From positions 1,571,322 to 1,635,321 of the forward strand of contig CBDBZY010000064.1 in the NCBI GenBank assembly GCA_965213685.1: a stretch of DNA of 64,000 nt, written 5' to 3'. The stretch comes from a bacterium (GTDB taxonomy: Bacteria > UBA8248). The notes under the pieces are model-generated. The model saw nothing but the letters and a program-made list of their open reading frames with translations, had not been told where the DNA came from and ran no database searches. Position 1 is the first letter of the stretch. Each line of letters opens with the position of its first letter. Positions 17,620 to 39,606 of this stretch are shown here, one piece after another. A program made the translations under genes and the position numbers.

Positions 17620-19617
17620 GTGAGGAGTCTGTTTTTCTGTACATAACTGCCGAGCATAGGAGAAATGTTATTGTATCATCAGTCAGACAAAAGTGCAGCT
17701 CTTGCTGCCAGTCCTCTGCTCCACAGCTGCAAGCTGGAGACTGACCAGCAGAACAGCCAACCACACCACCTACAGATAGACACTCTACAGCTGCTGGGAA
17801 CCATCAACAAGCCTGTGGCTGTCCTGTCCATCTGTGGCCCCTATCGCTCGGGGAAGTCCTACTTCATCTCCAGAGTGCTTGGTATTTCAGCTAGGCCACA
17901 GGATGCAAGCCTGTACACGTGGAATCTGGATGGCCACCACTCTCCTAGAGTGTGAGCAGTTTGCCACAATTCTGCTTGACACAGAAGGTATCGATGCTAT
18001 TAGAGCCTCTGAGACCATGGCCATGAGTTTGCTGACTGTCACCACACTCCTCAGCTCCTACCTCATCTACAACTCCATGAAGGTGCCCCAGAAGGTGGAC
18101 CTGGACAAAATGAGGTGCTTAACCCAGCTTTCTAGGTCTCTGCTTGTGCAGAAAGGAGAGTCCATGAGAGCAGAGGCCATGAGGAAGTTCTTCCCTCACT
18201 TTCTGTGGCTGCTGAGAGATGTGACATTGACTGTGACAGACAGAGCTGGCCAGACCATCTCAGCCACCGAGTTCCTGTACACTCGTGTACTGGCATCACA
18301 ATCTGCTCAGCTTACAGAGCTGGGCAGGCTTCTTTGTAGCCTCTTTCCCTCACTGGAATGCCGCACTCTACCCATGCCAAGTGTCAACCTCAAAGTCATC
18401 AAGAACATTGTGAAGCAACAGGACAAGCTGAAACTAGCCTTCAACAAGGCAGTGGATGAATTGATCCAGCGAATCCTGCAGCAAGTCACACCCAAGAAAG
18501 CCATTGATGGAGTGAGTGTGGTGGATGGCCCAGCTCTAGCTGCTCTGATACGTGGGTATGTGGATGCCATCAACACACCAAGAGCAATACCATCATCAAG
18601 TGGAAACTGAAAGAACTGTCAGACAAGCTAGTGGAGGAGTACAGGAGAGAGATGGAGGAATGTTTAGGAGACAATCTTCCCGTGGAGGAGAAGAATCTGA
18701 TGAGAATCCATGAACAGACACTGAGCAGGAAAAGGGAGTCACTGGAGCAGGAGATCCATAGACTCAAACCATTGAGTTCTACCTCGGGAGACAAAGACCC
18801 AGTCTTGAGTGAACTGGAGCAGGCAATCAATCAGATGAATGGGAGGGATGAGGTGATTGGGGGGATCCTCTTCCAGTTTACAAACTACCAAGCAGCAGTG
18901 TGAAGAAGTGCTGATGGAATCAGTGAAGAGCAGTGGAATTCACCAGAAGTGTGAGGAAGCCTTCATCAACTCACATCCACTGGAGATGATGGCAGAGATA
19001 CAGGAGATTGATGAGCAATGCCACAGGCAAGCTGTTGGACCAGCAGCCAGTGAAGTGCTGGAGAAAGGCCGCAGAGAACTGAACCAACTGGGAGACTTAC
19101 TCAAGAGAATTCCTGGTCCACCTGGTGAGGTGGAGATCATTGGAGAGGGACCTGATCAAGTGAAGCTGAGCTGGCAACCTCCAGAGAAGAACTCTGAGGC
19201 TGCTGAGAGGTATATGGTGTGGAAACAAGAGGAGGGGGAACAGTGGGAGAGGGTGAGGGAGACAAAGAGGACCAAAATCCTCATCACTGGGCTGAAGTCA
19301 AGAACAGAGTACCAGTTCAGTGACAGCCACCAATGACCTGGTTAAGAGTTTGGCTACAACACAGGACTCATGGGCAATGGAGTCAAATGCTAAGGTGGGA
19401 GCTCTTTATGGTGGTATAGGAGCAGGTGTACTTACACTGTTCCCAGTTACAATTGCTATTGCAAATATGAGTGATAAGGAGTTGAGTACAGGAAAAGTTG
19501 TAGCTCTAGAAGTCGCCACTTCACCATTTCAGCCTTGTCTGTGCTCCAGTCGTTGCTCCTGTGGCTGCAGTTTGGTTTGCTAGGAAAATGAGACCTGTCC
19601 CCAGAGAGTGATGATGA
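17620..19617 (+). pseudogene. Guanylate-binding protein-like GTPase with helical region, FN3 domain and C-terminal hydrophobic segments; frameshifted and apparently intronless
   Basis: PVAVLSICGPYRSGKSY (P-loop), CTRGIW, LLDTEG, FLWLLRDV; FN3 PGPP..VKLSWQPP..Y..ITGLKSRTEYQF; hydrophobic tail ALYGGIGAGVLTLFPVTIAIA; several frameshifts and deletions. Confidence 0.8.
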
Positions 19618-19989
19618 GACGTCATGACTGCACAGAATGACAATACTCTATGGCTAGCTATAGCTGCTCTCGTGTGTACAAGTTCATGTACACTCATACC
19701 AGCTGCAATAAACACAACATGTACATGTATATTATTGAGTGGAGGTGACTGACACTGTAATTCTATTGTACAAAGTCATTTCTCAGAGTGAGCTCCCCAG
19801 AGGCCAGAGGATGGCAAATAGAGTACCAGTTATCTTGAAGGGACATGCCATGTTATGGACCATATGAAGTGCGATGTCCCTAGCAGACAGTATGCATAGC
19901 CTGGCCACATTCTGAGGCCTCCACAAATTATTATAAAAGATCTCATACTCCAAGTGTAGTGGTGAATGTTATGAGCATTGCTAGTGATA

Positions 19990-20790
19990 AGTATCATGAT
20001 TGTGGAACTCTTTCTAATGTAAAAACCACTTCATTTTTTCTTCCCACACGATTCATGAATTGTGCAACAAGGCTTCTAGGTGCAGGTGCTGCACCTTTAT
20101 AGCAATGCAATGCCATCTTATTTTGTTGGTCTGGGATATCGAGTGTGCTGGTATACACCAAGTGTTAAGCACTAAACTTCATCACCTTCAGTGGTAAAAT
20201 CAGATGGTCTTCCATTTTGGTCATTTGCAATTGTGTTTCGACATGATGGTGGACATGAGCACCAGCCACGCATATGGTACACAAGGAAAATATCCTGTAG
20301 TCTTGGTAGAATGTCTGAAACTCAACTGACAGAGAAACAACATGAACATGAACTTTCTTATTTATGTCGCAGATGCATTGCGATGCTTCTACTGCTTTAA
20401 ACTTTGGGAAACTTCTCTTTGGAAACTTTGCATATAAATAGCTTTGCTTCTGGAGCAACACCTCCAAGATAGTTGAACTTGACAGATCAATAAGGGCACC
20501 CTTCAGCAACTCCCGCACAGTGAGTTCCATATCATCAACATTACAGTCATCTGGTTACCCCACTGCAGAAATTTTGAGAGTATTCTTCCAGCATTATGTG
20601 ATGAAAGTGAGAGGGGACGCATGAATTCCAAAATCCAAAATGGCAATGACAACATTGTCTCCATTGACAGTTTTGAAAGTATCATTATTCTGCAGCTCTC
20701 AAACTCCCCTTGCAAAACTACGCACATGACATCACAACAACTTTGTCTTTTGTACAGCTCTTCTTTGCATACAACAACCAAACACATTCA
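19990..20790 (-). pseudogene. Decayed paralog of the S8 protease exon
   Basis: Colinear similarity to 23142-24080 (NVVIAILDFGIHAS, VHVHVVSLSVEFQ) with frameshifts, deletions and stops. Confidence 0.85.
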
Positions 20791-23141
20791 TTATTGCTGT
20801 GCAATGTTGCTTTTCAGAGTGTACCCATGCAAAGGGATAGCGAGAGTTGTGGACTTAGTTATGGTATGTTCATGGTGAAATGTTGATGCTATCACTAATT
20901 TTTCACTGTTATCGTAGCCAATAATTATTGCATTCTTTAGACAATCAACTCACTTCTGCTGAAAAGAAAGATCACATACAGAACTGTAAGTGTAAGAAAT
21001 TTGAACAGGCATAGTTCAGACAAAGCAAGACAGTACTAAGTGTGCTATACAATTATTTTGACATAGTTTGTTTTTCCTAAATGAACATATCTTAGTCTGG
21101 AGTTATCAGACTCAGTGTATTATATTTATCACAAGGCCTTATGCAATACCTCATGCTATCCCTGGCACAATACCTCTTAAAACATCCAAGCAGGTACATA
21201 CATTTGTGTCAGCTCCTTACAGAGCACACTGTATGTACATGGTCAGAATCTCCTGGATTTCCTAAACAATGATGTTTTAAAACACAAAATAATTATCTTT
21301 GGTTCTATTTACTGCAGTGACCTTGTGATATCATGCTACTTTCCAATTGGATTTACAAAGGAATCTATCCCTTCAACTGAGAAATAGTCCTACTTTGGAG
21401 CGTGTAGACAATCTATCGATAACAACTCAAACAAAAATGTACAAAAACGGTGTTAAACACGCTACCTGCAACACGACAACGTTCGCAAGAACTTAGAGCT
21501 CCGCGTCATAGATACAGAGGACACTAGTTAGACCTCTATAGTGCTACAAAAGTAACTTAATCATACTGCGTGCTAACGTTCTGAACGCCACTAGAAATGG
21601 GCTATCGTTGCCGCGATTTTTGAATTTGTTCAAGCAGCATCTTACTTCACTTTAATAGGCCTACTATCGGATAACAAGCGTAGATGTAACTGGTATGAGT
21701 TAGGTAGTCAGATACGGTGAGGTAGCTATTGTAGTTTGGGAGTTTGGGAGTTTGGGACTTTTTCCGCAAAAGTGATGGTGCTCAGGCCCCTCCATGTCTC
21801 CAATATCTCAGTTCCTGACACGTAACAAAGGCCGCTGTGATCGCTGATTTGTTTGCTAGAGTCTGAAAGAAGCCTACAAGAACGACGTCCTCAAGAAAAG
21901 CTCAAAAAGAAGTATAAAACATTCTCCAGAAATGTATATGTGGATGAATGTAGGGATGGCTGTGCAAAAAAACAGAACAAGGTGTAGGGATGGCTGTGTG
22001 CAGCCTTATACAAAACGTACACAATTGACTCCATCCCTACAGCTGTCTTCTTTACTCCACAACTGTTCCCAGTAATCTCATAACAGTAGCCTGCAGAAGG
22101 ATGTCATGAACTAAAAAGATGTAGAGATGTGATTACTTGTGTAGTCTTTGTAAAACCTGTCTTGCCTGCACACTCACTATCATCCCGATACCTAGTTTCT
22201 ATGGTTTTTGGCACTGACATCCCTCTAGGAATAATTAATGTTTTATGTACTTGTACACAGAGCAACACCCCTCCAAGACATATTCTGTAACAATGAAATC
22301 CAGGTATGTGTATCTTGCGTTTTCTACTTCTTCTTCTTCTTCTAATATAATTAATACCACTAGAAGTGCTGCCTATGATACTGATGTGAATAATCAACAG
22401 TTACATACCATGCCATTTCCACTTCTGAGTACCTCTGTACTCTTCTTCTTCTTTCTTCTTTTACACTCATGGAAAGTGAGTGCTCCAGCACTGCCCTAAT
22501 GTTGGACGCTATTTTCTAACATTGTATGGTGTAAAATTGTGTGCGATGTCATTCTAGGCTTAGCGCTTGCAACTACTGTTTTCTAAATGCCTACATCCAC
22601 TACATCTTTTTTGTAGACTTAACTGAATTACCACCTCACAAAAAGGATAATGCCATCATTCCCTGTGGAGAAACTCAAGTGCATGCATGTCATGCTACAC
22701 AACAAAATAGTTACATGTACGTATGCTGAATGATATTGCATGCCACTGTTTCTGCCTTACTGGATACTCTCATAAACTGCATCTTGCTTTTCAGCAATAC
22801 CACCCCTATATCCCTGCTCATTAAATTGATTTTTGTACTCGTTTCTTATAGTTGCTGTGCTAATGATTGGGAATCTACTTGGGATCCTGTGATCAAAGGA
22901 AAACATTTTAGTTAAGATATCATGGCATCATGACTAGCCTAGTCCTCCTTGTACTTTGGAATGAACTGTTGTTTATGTGCCCTAATGGATCTACTCTAAT
23001 ACCAAAGACATACTGAAGAAGAATTTACTAGTGCATTGAAGTAAAAAAAATTAATATCAGTGTATACACACGTTTCATTATTATTGTAGGCATTATTACA
23101 CTATGATAAGAAATCCATCACATATTTAAAAATCTAAACTT

Positions 23142-32395
<9,254 letters not shown>

Positions 32396-33559
32396 ACTGT
32401 GAGTAGTATAGTGGTGTAGAGAAGAACTGAGCGGTATTAACTTTTACTAAAGCAAACCGCTCTTACATGTGTTTTACAAAATCATACAACGCAGCTAGCG
32501 GGCGCTCTCTGTAGTCGTGGCTGTGGTTTTGGGGTGGATACGTAGATAAAGGATTAGGGCTCAAAGTGTTGGGGTCTGAGTACGACGGAGCTTGGCGTCC
32601 ACTGAAACGAAACAACCTAGGAATTAAAAGGTTCAAACTGTCCCGCCCCTCGGTCTTATATTTATATACCAGCATATAGCTACACGAAAATACTCTGGTT
32701 TGTACACTGTTTGGCAGGCAGTATGCTAACATTCTTACCTGCAAACAATTCTGGCTCCAACGATGAACGAAGGATTCCGTCTATGGACTGAAGAAGTCTT
32801 CAGAATAGGAGTTCTTTATATAACCGGATACAAGTGACGCATTCCAGCCTGTGAATTGTTTTATGGTCTTCGCGTCACGAGGCCGGCTCCATCCGGTGGA
32901 AGTTGGTCCAGCGAATGACCGGGAGGTCCCCTAGCGCTTCGCGCGAAGTGTGTGGAGATGAGACTTTGATTTGCCTTCAAATGCTCGTACTTTGACTTTA
33001 GCACTTTTCATTGTTATTCAGGCTGCAAGCGCTATGTACCTACCAGCCGGACTAGCGACTACCGTCCGGCGCACGATGTAGATTTCTTGTGCTCAGCACA
33101 AATATGACTGTAAAAGGGGCGGGATAATTTGGTGAAAATATTGTTCCGGCGGTCGCCGGATCCGTTCCGCCGCCCCTGATATTAGCTACAGCATAGATAA
33201 TGTATACGGCGTTCGTATACATTACCTGTATAAGGCTACGGAGATAATTAGTGCACATTGCGAACCCGAAGTAAGAAAAGATATCAGACACAATCTGTCC
33301 CTTCTATTTCAACTGAGCGTACAATCATAGATATAACAGTTACTTCAGTTTTGGGAACTTCAAGAAATCATCGAAAAACTGATCTAAAAGCAAATGCACG
33401 CATACAAAATCAATACAATGCAGAGCACATTATCTCACTGAATACACACTCAACATACATATACATACATCCACATGCACATGTTCGCACATACTGTACA
33501 TGTACACACATACAAACCCATCAACAGGAAAAACATATACACAGAGAAGAGTCACTTGA

Positions 33560-34200
33560 AGCTGTCAGTGCTGGTGGAATGCAGCAAAGCAGGTCGTCTT
33601 GCACAGTCTAACACAACAGATTCCACAGGCAATTAAATGATGCAGATCATGGTGGCCTACTCTGACACTGGCAGTACCTACCCCTCTTCAAACCTATATC
33701 TGAAATATGAACAAAGTAAGACACTCTCTCATTCTCTCTCACCGTATCTACTCTTACCTTGCCAGCTCCTGGTCTCATCCCTTTCTGCAATCCTACCTGC
33801 TCCAAAAGCTGGTGTACTAACAGATGAAAGGCAAATACATCCTTAGGCCAAGTTCTGTATGTCCTGCAGTCATGCTTGTAGAGTAAATATGCATTATCAA
33901 TAGCATAGTCAAAAATTGAAAGAAAATCCTCAGCCACATGCGTTCAGATTTCAAAACCGTGTCTTCCTGATATGGGCAGTTCTGTCAACTCCACCCATAA
34001 AACTATTGTAGGCAGGCAAAAGTGGAGGAACAGACTGCTTACGGAGAACTCCTTCAGGCTGTAGTCTATTATAGCTACCTGGCTATCCATGTGGTCCAGA
34101 GAAACATTTGTCACAAAACATACTTCCTCACGGTCCTGAAAAAATATAGACTCTACAGTTTCAGATACAGGAACTACAAAAAAGTCTGCTAAGGAGTTTG
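33560..34200 (-). mobile_element. piggyBac transposase C-terminal remnant
   Basis: AYNSFMGGVDRT (about 33975-34015), FDYAIDNAYLLYK, Cys-rich end CGICCVRLCKTTCFAAFH. Confidence 0.75.
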
Positions 34201-35032
34201 AACTTTCTTCAGGCTATCTAGAAACCCCTTGGCACTTTTTTGTAGTTCCTGCATTGTCCTCAGCCAGCTTATCTACAATTGTCACAGTACACCACATGAT
34301 TAAGCAGAGTAGGCACACACCGTTTACATTATGCACAATGTGTATGCATTTTGTACGATTAACTGTACATCTGCATACGTTCAAAATTAATATAGGCATA
34401 CATTGTACATGTACAGTGTACATGCGACAACGTAATTGGCTTATCTAAGCATAAGATCTACCATAGTGATGTGGAGACAGTAAGATCGATCTAGCTACAT
34501 AGCGGGTACATATAAAACACGACAGAATATCTGCTTGCCTAGCAATAATGTTGTTACCCAGATCAATGTAGATTCCCAGATTGTGCAAAACACATACTGC
34601 ACACTGTACATGTATATACATGTATATGTGTATGTAGGAGGAGGACTGACCTAAGAACAGAGAAGACTCGTGCCATTTTGCCAACAGCTCTAATTTTGTT
34701 TCTTATAACTTCCTTTCCTCTGAGCTAGAGATGTGGCCTCCTCTGTGTGAGTGTGTGTGTGAGTGTGGGAGGGGAGGGGAGAATCCAGCATTGGGATGCA
34801 GACTGTAAGATACATGTACAGTACATGTACATGGCAGTTGTTTTACTTAATACTGTGAATACGTACATGTACATGTATGCTCTGAGACAAGTGTCTCTAC
34901 CAGTATGTGTGTACAGCACACTCCATGCACACAGCTACAAGCAGTGTACCTGTGCCTGGCTTGATCTTCTCATTTCCCTCATCTGATAAATCATCATCTT
35001 TCAAACTAAGCATGTTCACCAACATCTCTGTG

Positions 35033-35079
<47 letters not shown>

Positions 35080-35164
35080 TGAATAACACAAACTCAACTC
35101 TAGCCCTAGCAATGGATAAGTGTATGTACATGATGAAAAGGCTCAGGTATATTTTATAGGACTG

Positions 35165-35250
35165 TGAAAAACCGGCAGCCACCCGGGATTGAACCGGGGC
35201 CTCTGACTTAAGCTGTCAGTGATCTACCACCTGAGTTATGGCCACCGGGT
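35165..35250 (-). repeat. tRNA-derived SINE-like sequence
   Basis: Reverse complement shows A-box-like TAACTCAGGTGG, B-box GGTTCAATCCC and an oligo-T. Confidence 0.55.
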
Positions 35251-36026
35251 GACAGCCAGCCTTCACAATTCTCAGTATCACTCTGTATGTGCCGTCAGAA
35301 CCCTGTACCTACACATTGTTTATGTACATGTACATGTACACAAACAATGTGTAGGTACTGTATGTTGAAAATGGATACACACACATAATGTGTACACAAG
35401 ATTTGTTCCAAGACACAGGATGATGTACATCATGTGTACTCCGACACTTCCCAAGGTCTTGCAACATGCTCTCTGCAGCACACTAATCCCCCTGCCTCAC
35501 TGGGACAGTGGCAGAGGGTCAGAGGAGCTGCAGCACGTGGCTCAGTGGGTTACCACACAACAGAACACGGCACTTGGCACCAGGCACAGAGGCTGCATAT
35601 CACATTATCATCAGTTGATGCAGTAGAAAAGCATCATGCCACAATTTTCTCACAGTGTGCACACACACAAAGGTTTACATGTACACCTTTCAGGCATAGC
35701 AGCATACATGTATATATCTATGTACATGTACAATATGTGCACATGAATACATCGTTCATGTATACCAGCTGAGCTACCGGGGCAACTCAGCTGGGCAGGC
35801 CGAATCTCTAAAGGTAATGCAAGGGCAGGGCATCTCACCCCTGATAAAAGGGTAACTCTACATGTAACTCAGTACTGAGGAGAGGGCCAGGGTAATGAAA
35901 ATAGATGTGTAATGTACATGTACTTTTCATGTACATGTATGCATGTAAAACTTAGTCAATGAGACAAGGCAAAGTAAAGCAACTACTCCGGAAGACAACT
36001 CCTTTTTTCTCAAGGGAAAAATGAGC

Positions 36027-36099
36027 TGCCTCAGGCGGGATTCGAACCCGCGACGTTCTGCGTGCTAGGCAGACGCTCTACCAACTGAGCCACTGAGGC
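36027..36099 (-). tRNA. tRNA-Ala(AGC)-like cloverleaf embedded in a dispersed repeat
   Basis: 73 nt: acceptor GCCTCAG/CTGAGGC, D arm GCTC..GAGC, anticodon arm TCTGC-CTAGCAC-GCAGA, T arm GCGGG-TTCGAAT-CCCGC, then TTTTT; decayed copies near 35765 and 45985. Confidence 0.55.
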
Positions 36100-36865
36100 A
36101 GCTCAGCTGGGCAGGCCGAATCTTTAAAGTTTATGCAAGGCAAAGGGCGTCTCTCCCCTGATAGATAGGGTAACCAATCTCAGTTTTAGCATGTATATAT
36201 GTACATACTCCGCTTACCTTTCTCTCCCACAAAGGGTAAGGACCAGGTGAATACATCCATGAAGTTGGGCAGCCAGTAAGGGTGCTCCACTGCATTGAAC
36301 TGGCGGATGTTCATCACATTGTTCTCATACTTGAGCATTGCAGCTGGTGAGTGGAGGGGAGAGAGGAGGGGGAGGGGGAAGCAGAGTACACTACTACATG
36401 TACATGTACTTGTATACTAGGAGTACACATAGTGCAAGGAGTGCCTCACACGGATAAATCAGTTAGCAGAGCTGGCAATTTTGTGCAGACTCATTGCGCA
36501 CGAGTAGCGATGGCGTCGTGCTACAGTAGCACAATGTGCAGCAACATCGTTTGTGCGTATGTAAGCCCGCGTAGCTCTCATGGCTGGCCCAACGCATCCA
36601 AGACATGTAAACACAAGTAAGCATACGTATATGTACATGCGGACTCATCGCGCCCGAGTAGCGATGGCGTGATGCCACAACAGCACAGTGTGCAGCAACA
36701 TCGTATGTGTGTATGTAACGTGTAGCTCTCATGGCATGCATACAACACACAACACACAACACACACACTGGGATGCACGATTTGCGAACATTTTCCGGCG
36801 TATAGGTACTAGGTTCGACGTTCGTGTGATGCCATCACGTGAGTAATTTCCCGGAGCTAGAAATT

Positions 36866-36940
36866 AGTCTCGCTCCCAGACCCTCACGTGCGCCCGCCTC
36901 TTTTCGGGCGGGCGCACGTGAGGGTCTGGGAACGAGACTA
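36866..36940. mobile_element. Short palindromic TA-flanked MITE family (also about 41065-41198, 53190-53328, 62482-62530)
   Basis: TAGTCTCGCTCCCAGACC..GGTCTGGGAACGAGACTA. Confidence 0.7.
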
Positions 36941-38494
36941 CCGCGATATCTAATTACCGTATTTCTCGGGGGGTAAAATATTTGTGAGCAGTGAATTTTG
37001 GGCTAGTTCGTGGAAAAATTTTCGTGGTCGCGGTATACTAAACCACACCCCGGTACTATGCGGTACTGTTTCGTGGGTAAACATTTCGTGGTTCGCCTCT
37101 CAACCACGAAAACCACGAAAAATTAAAACGCCCCGAAAAATACCCGCTATACGGTATGTACAGACTTGCTCATGAGAAAAAAATTGCGGGTTTACCCCAA
37201 GTGTACCGTTAACCCTCTCTTCGCGCACTTCAGATCATCGAGCCACTGGCATTGAAATACAAGATCCATGTGTTAGAATAGAAGTATGCAGCACCTCCAG
37301 AAGAAAGTAGACATCTAATTTTGGTATAGCTTCATACGCAAAATGTGCATTTCTGGCCCTTGTGTAGCGACGTAGAGGGAAGTAGACTGCCAAAAACTAA
37401 GAGCTCTTCTCACACGTTTGTATAGTAACTGTAGACAGAAGTCTAAATTTGCAGGGTTTATAGAGAGGGGGGCACCCTGGGATCCCCCCCCCCCGCCCTG
37501 AAATTAAGGTTTGTACTCTGACATCATTAGATTTAAAGCAAGTGAAGAATTGTGATAGCAGACGGTAGAGCATCCGTTTCCATAAGAATGCTAAAGTGCA
37601 AACCCTCGGCGCAGTTGCGTTGCATGCCACAACAGATTGCACAGATGATGCAAGCTACGCACGCAATACTCAACACTCCCATGCATCATAGCAACATCAT
37701 AATGTGCTCGCTGTGCAGCACATCAGATCCTCGCCTGCCACACCTCTTTACATGCTCCTACAACACGCAAGACAAGGCTGGACACCAGACTATAGCCCAA
37801 TTGAGTGGACCATGTGCATGTTGCGGGAGCTGTGCACATACGCATGTGCATATACTGTAGCCTCTTAAACGCATGCGCTTACGCGGGACCATTATTGCAC
37901 TAGCTGTACGGACGTGAAACGGAGAGTATACCATAGATACTATAGACTACGTAACCGGGATTGGAAACTACTCACATTATGCGCGTATAAGCGCATGTGC
38001 ATGATGATAGTTACGGCTGTTTACAGGCGCCTAACAAACTTTCTTAGAGAAGGACGTCTTTTCTACGGTTGGACTTGTTAGTTTCGACTCGCGAGGAGTG
38101 TTTAGCCAAGTGCGCAACCTATGCTGAGTTCATATTCCGCAAGCGTGCTGTTCCCCACAATATGCCGTCTTCCATTTACTTTGTGTACCTTTGTAGAGCA
38201 ATACGTTGCCAACGTAGCCTTAAAAAGGCCACCAGCGCGTGTTCTCCTTTCCATTGTATGGGATTAGGCTAAAAGTACTTGACTCTGGCGTGCCTCGTGT
38301 CCGCAACCATAGATAAAATGGGTAAGGATGGCCCGGTTAATTTTGTGTACCTGCTGCGCGACAACGCCAGGACAGAGAGCTCTGTCCACACAAAACTGGG
38401 CAGCTATATAATGGCTATGTGGGATTAGACTATAGTGGTTAAGCAGAGTAGGCACACACCGTTTACATTTACGCACAATGTGTATGCATTTTGT

Positions 38495-38880
38495 ATCAGC
38501 TAACACAGATGACAATGCCCGCCTTGATATCCGTGCTCGAGGACTCTGGAACAACCACCAGGATGCGTTTTTTGATGTGAGGGTTTTCTACCCAAACGCA
38601 CCTAGTAACGGTTCCACAGATGCCTACAGGAGAGACGAGATGGCAAAAAAGCGGGAGTATGGACAAAGGGTACGTGAGGTCGAGCTTGGAGTGTTTACCC
38701 CATTAGTCCTATCAACTAATGGCGGAATGGGCAAGGAAGCTGCTACTTTTTAAAGGCGACATGCAGACATGATTGCACAGAAGAGTCAGCACTCATACTC
38801 CAGGGTCATGGGCTGGCTCAGATGCCGTCTCTCATTCGCATCCATCCGATCCTCAATCATGTGCATTCACACTTGCATCT
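38495..38880 (+). mobile_element. 3' fragment of a CRE-like RLE non-LTR retrotransposon
   Basis: ARLDIRARGLW..AFFDVRVF..KKREY..FTPLVLSTNGGMG..WLRCRLSF. Confidence 0.8.
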
Positions 38881-39280
38881 CAGGAGGGGCATGTACACCC
38901 CCTAGATGTCTGAACTATCATACATTAACCGGTATTTTTTTTTTCAACACCCTGCACAATGCTCAGCATTTCACTAGTATGTAGACTCTTGCATATTTAT
39001 GTTTGCCGGCCATTAACTGTATATCTGCATACGTTTGCGCAAAATCAATATAGACATACATTGTACATGTACAGTGTACATGCGACAACGTAATTGGCTT
39101 ATCTAAGCATAAGATCTACCATAGTGATGTGGAGAGAGCAAGATAGATCTAGCTACATTGCGGGTACATATAAAACACGACAGAATATCTGCTTGCCTAG
39201 CTATAATGTTGTTACGCAAAGAGCTGTCTCTTCCGTTACATTGTAGACCACATTACATGGTAACCGTTGACTGCATGGTC

Positions 39281-39606
39281 TTATGGCGCACAAGGTGAGT
39301 ACATTGGGCAGCACCAATAGGCTGGTATCGATTTACGGCTTCTAAAATTGTTGCTTCCGGGGCAAGGAGGAGGAGGTGGACAGGTCACGGAACGACAAAG
39401 TTCTGCAGGAAGAAAAATTGGTCAACAAGGCATATATATAGTTACTACAGTTCACTGTGTGAAGCAAGTGATTGACGTGTTATGGCTCGGCTTTGTTCAC
39501 TGTGTAGCATACCGTATGAAGGGCCAAGAGCAGGTGCAGGCAAAGCCTCCGCAGTAGCTAGCACAACAAAGAAAGCGAGGAAAAGAGCAAACACTCTCAG
39601 CTTCAT
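39281..39606 (-). CDS. 71-aa secreted cysteine-rich peptide (exons 39606-39513, 39402-39281)
   Basis: MKLRVFALFLAFFVVLATAEA signal peptide; 110-nt phase-1 GT-AG intron; exon 2 LCRSVTCPPPPPCPGSNNFRSRKSIPAYWCCPMYSPCAP*. Confidence 0.65.
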
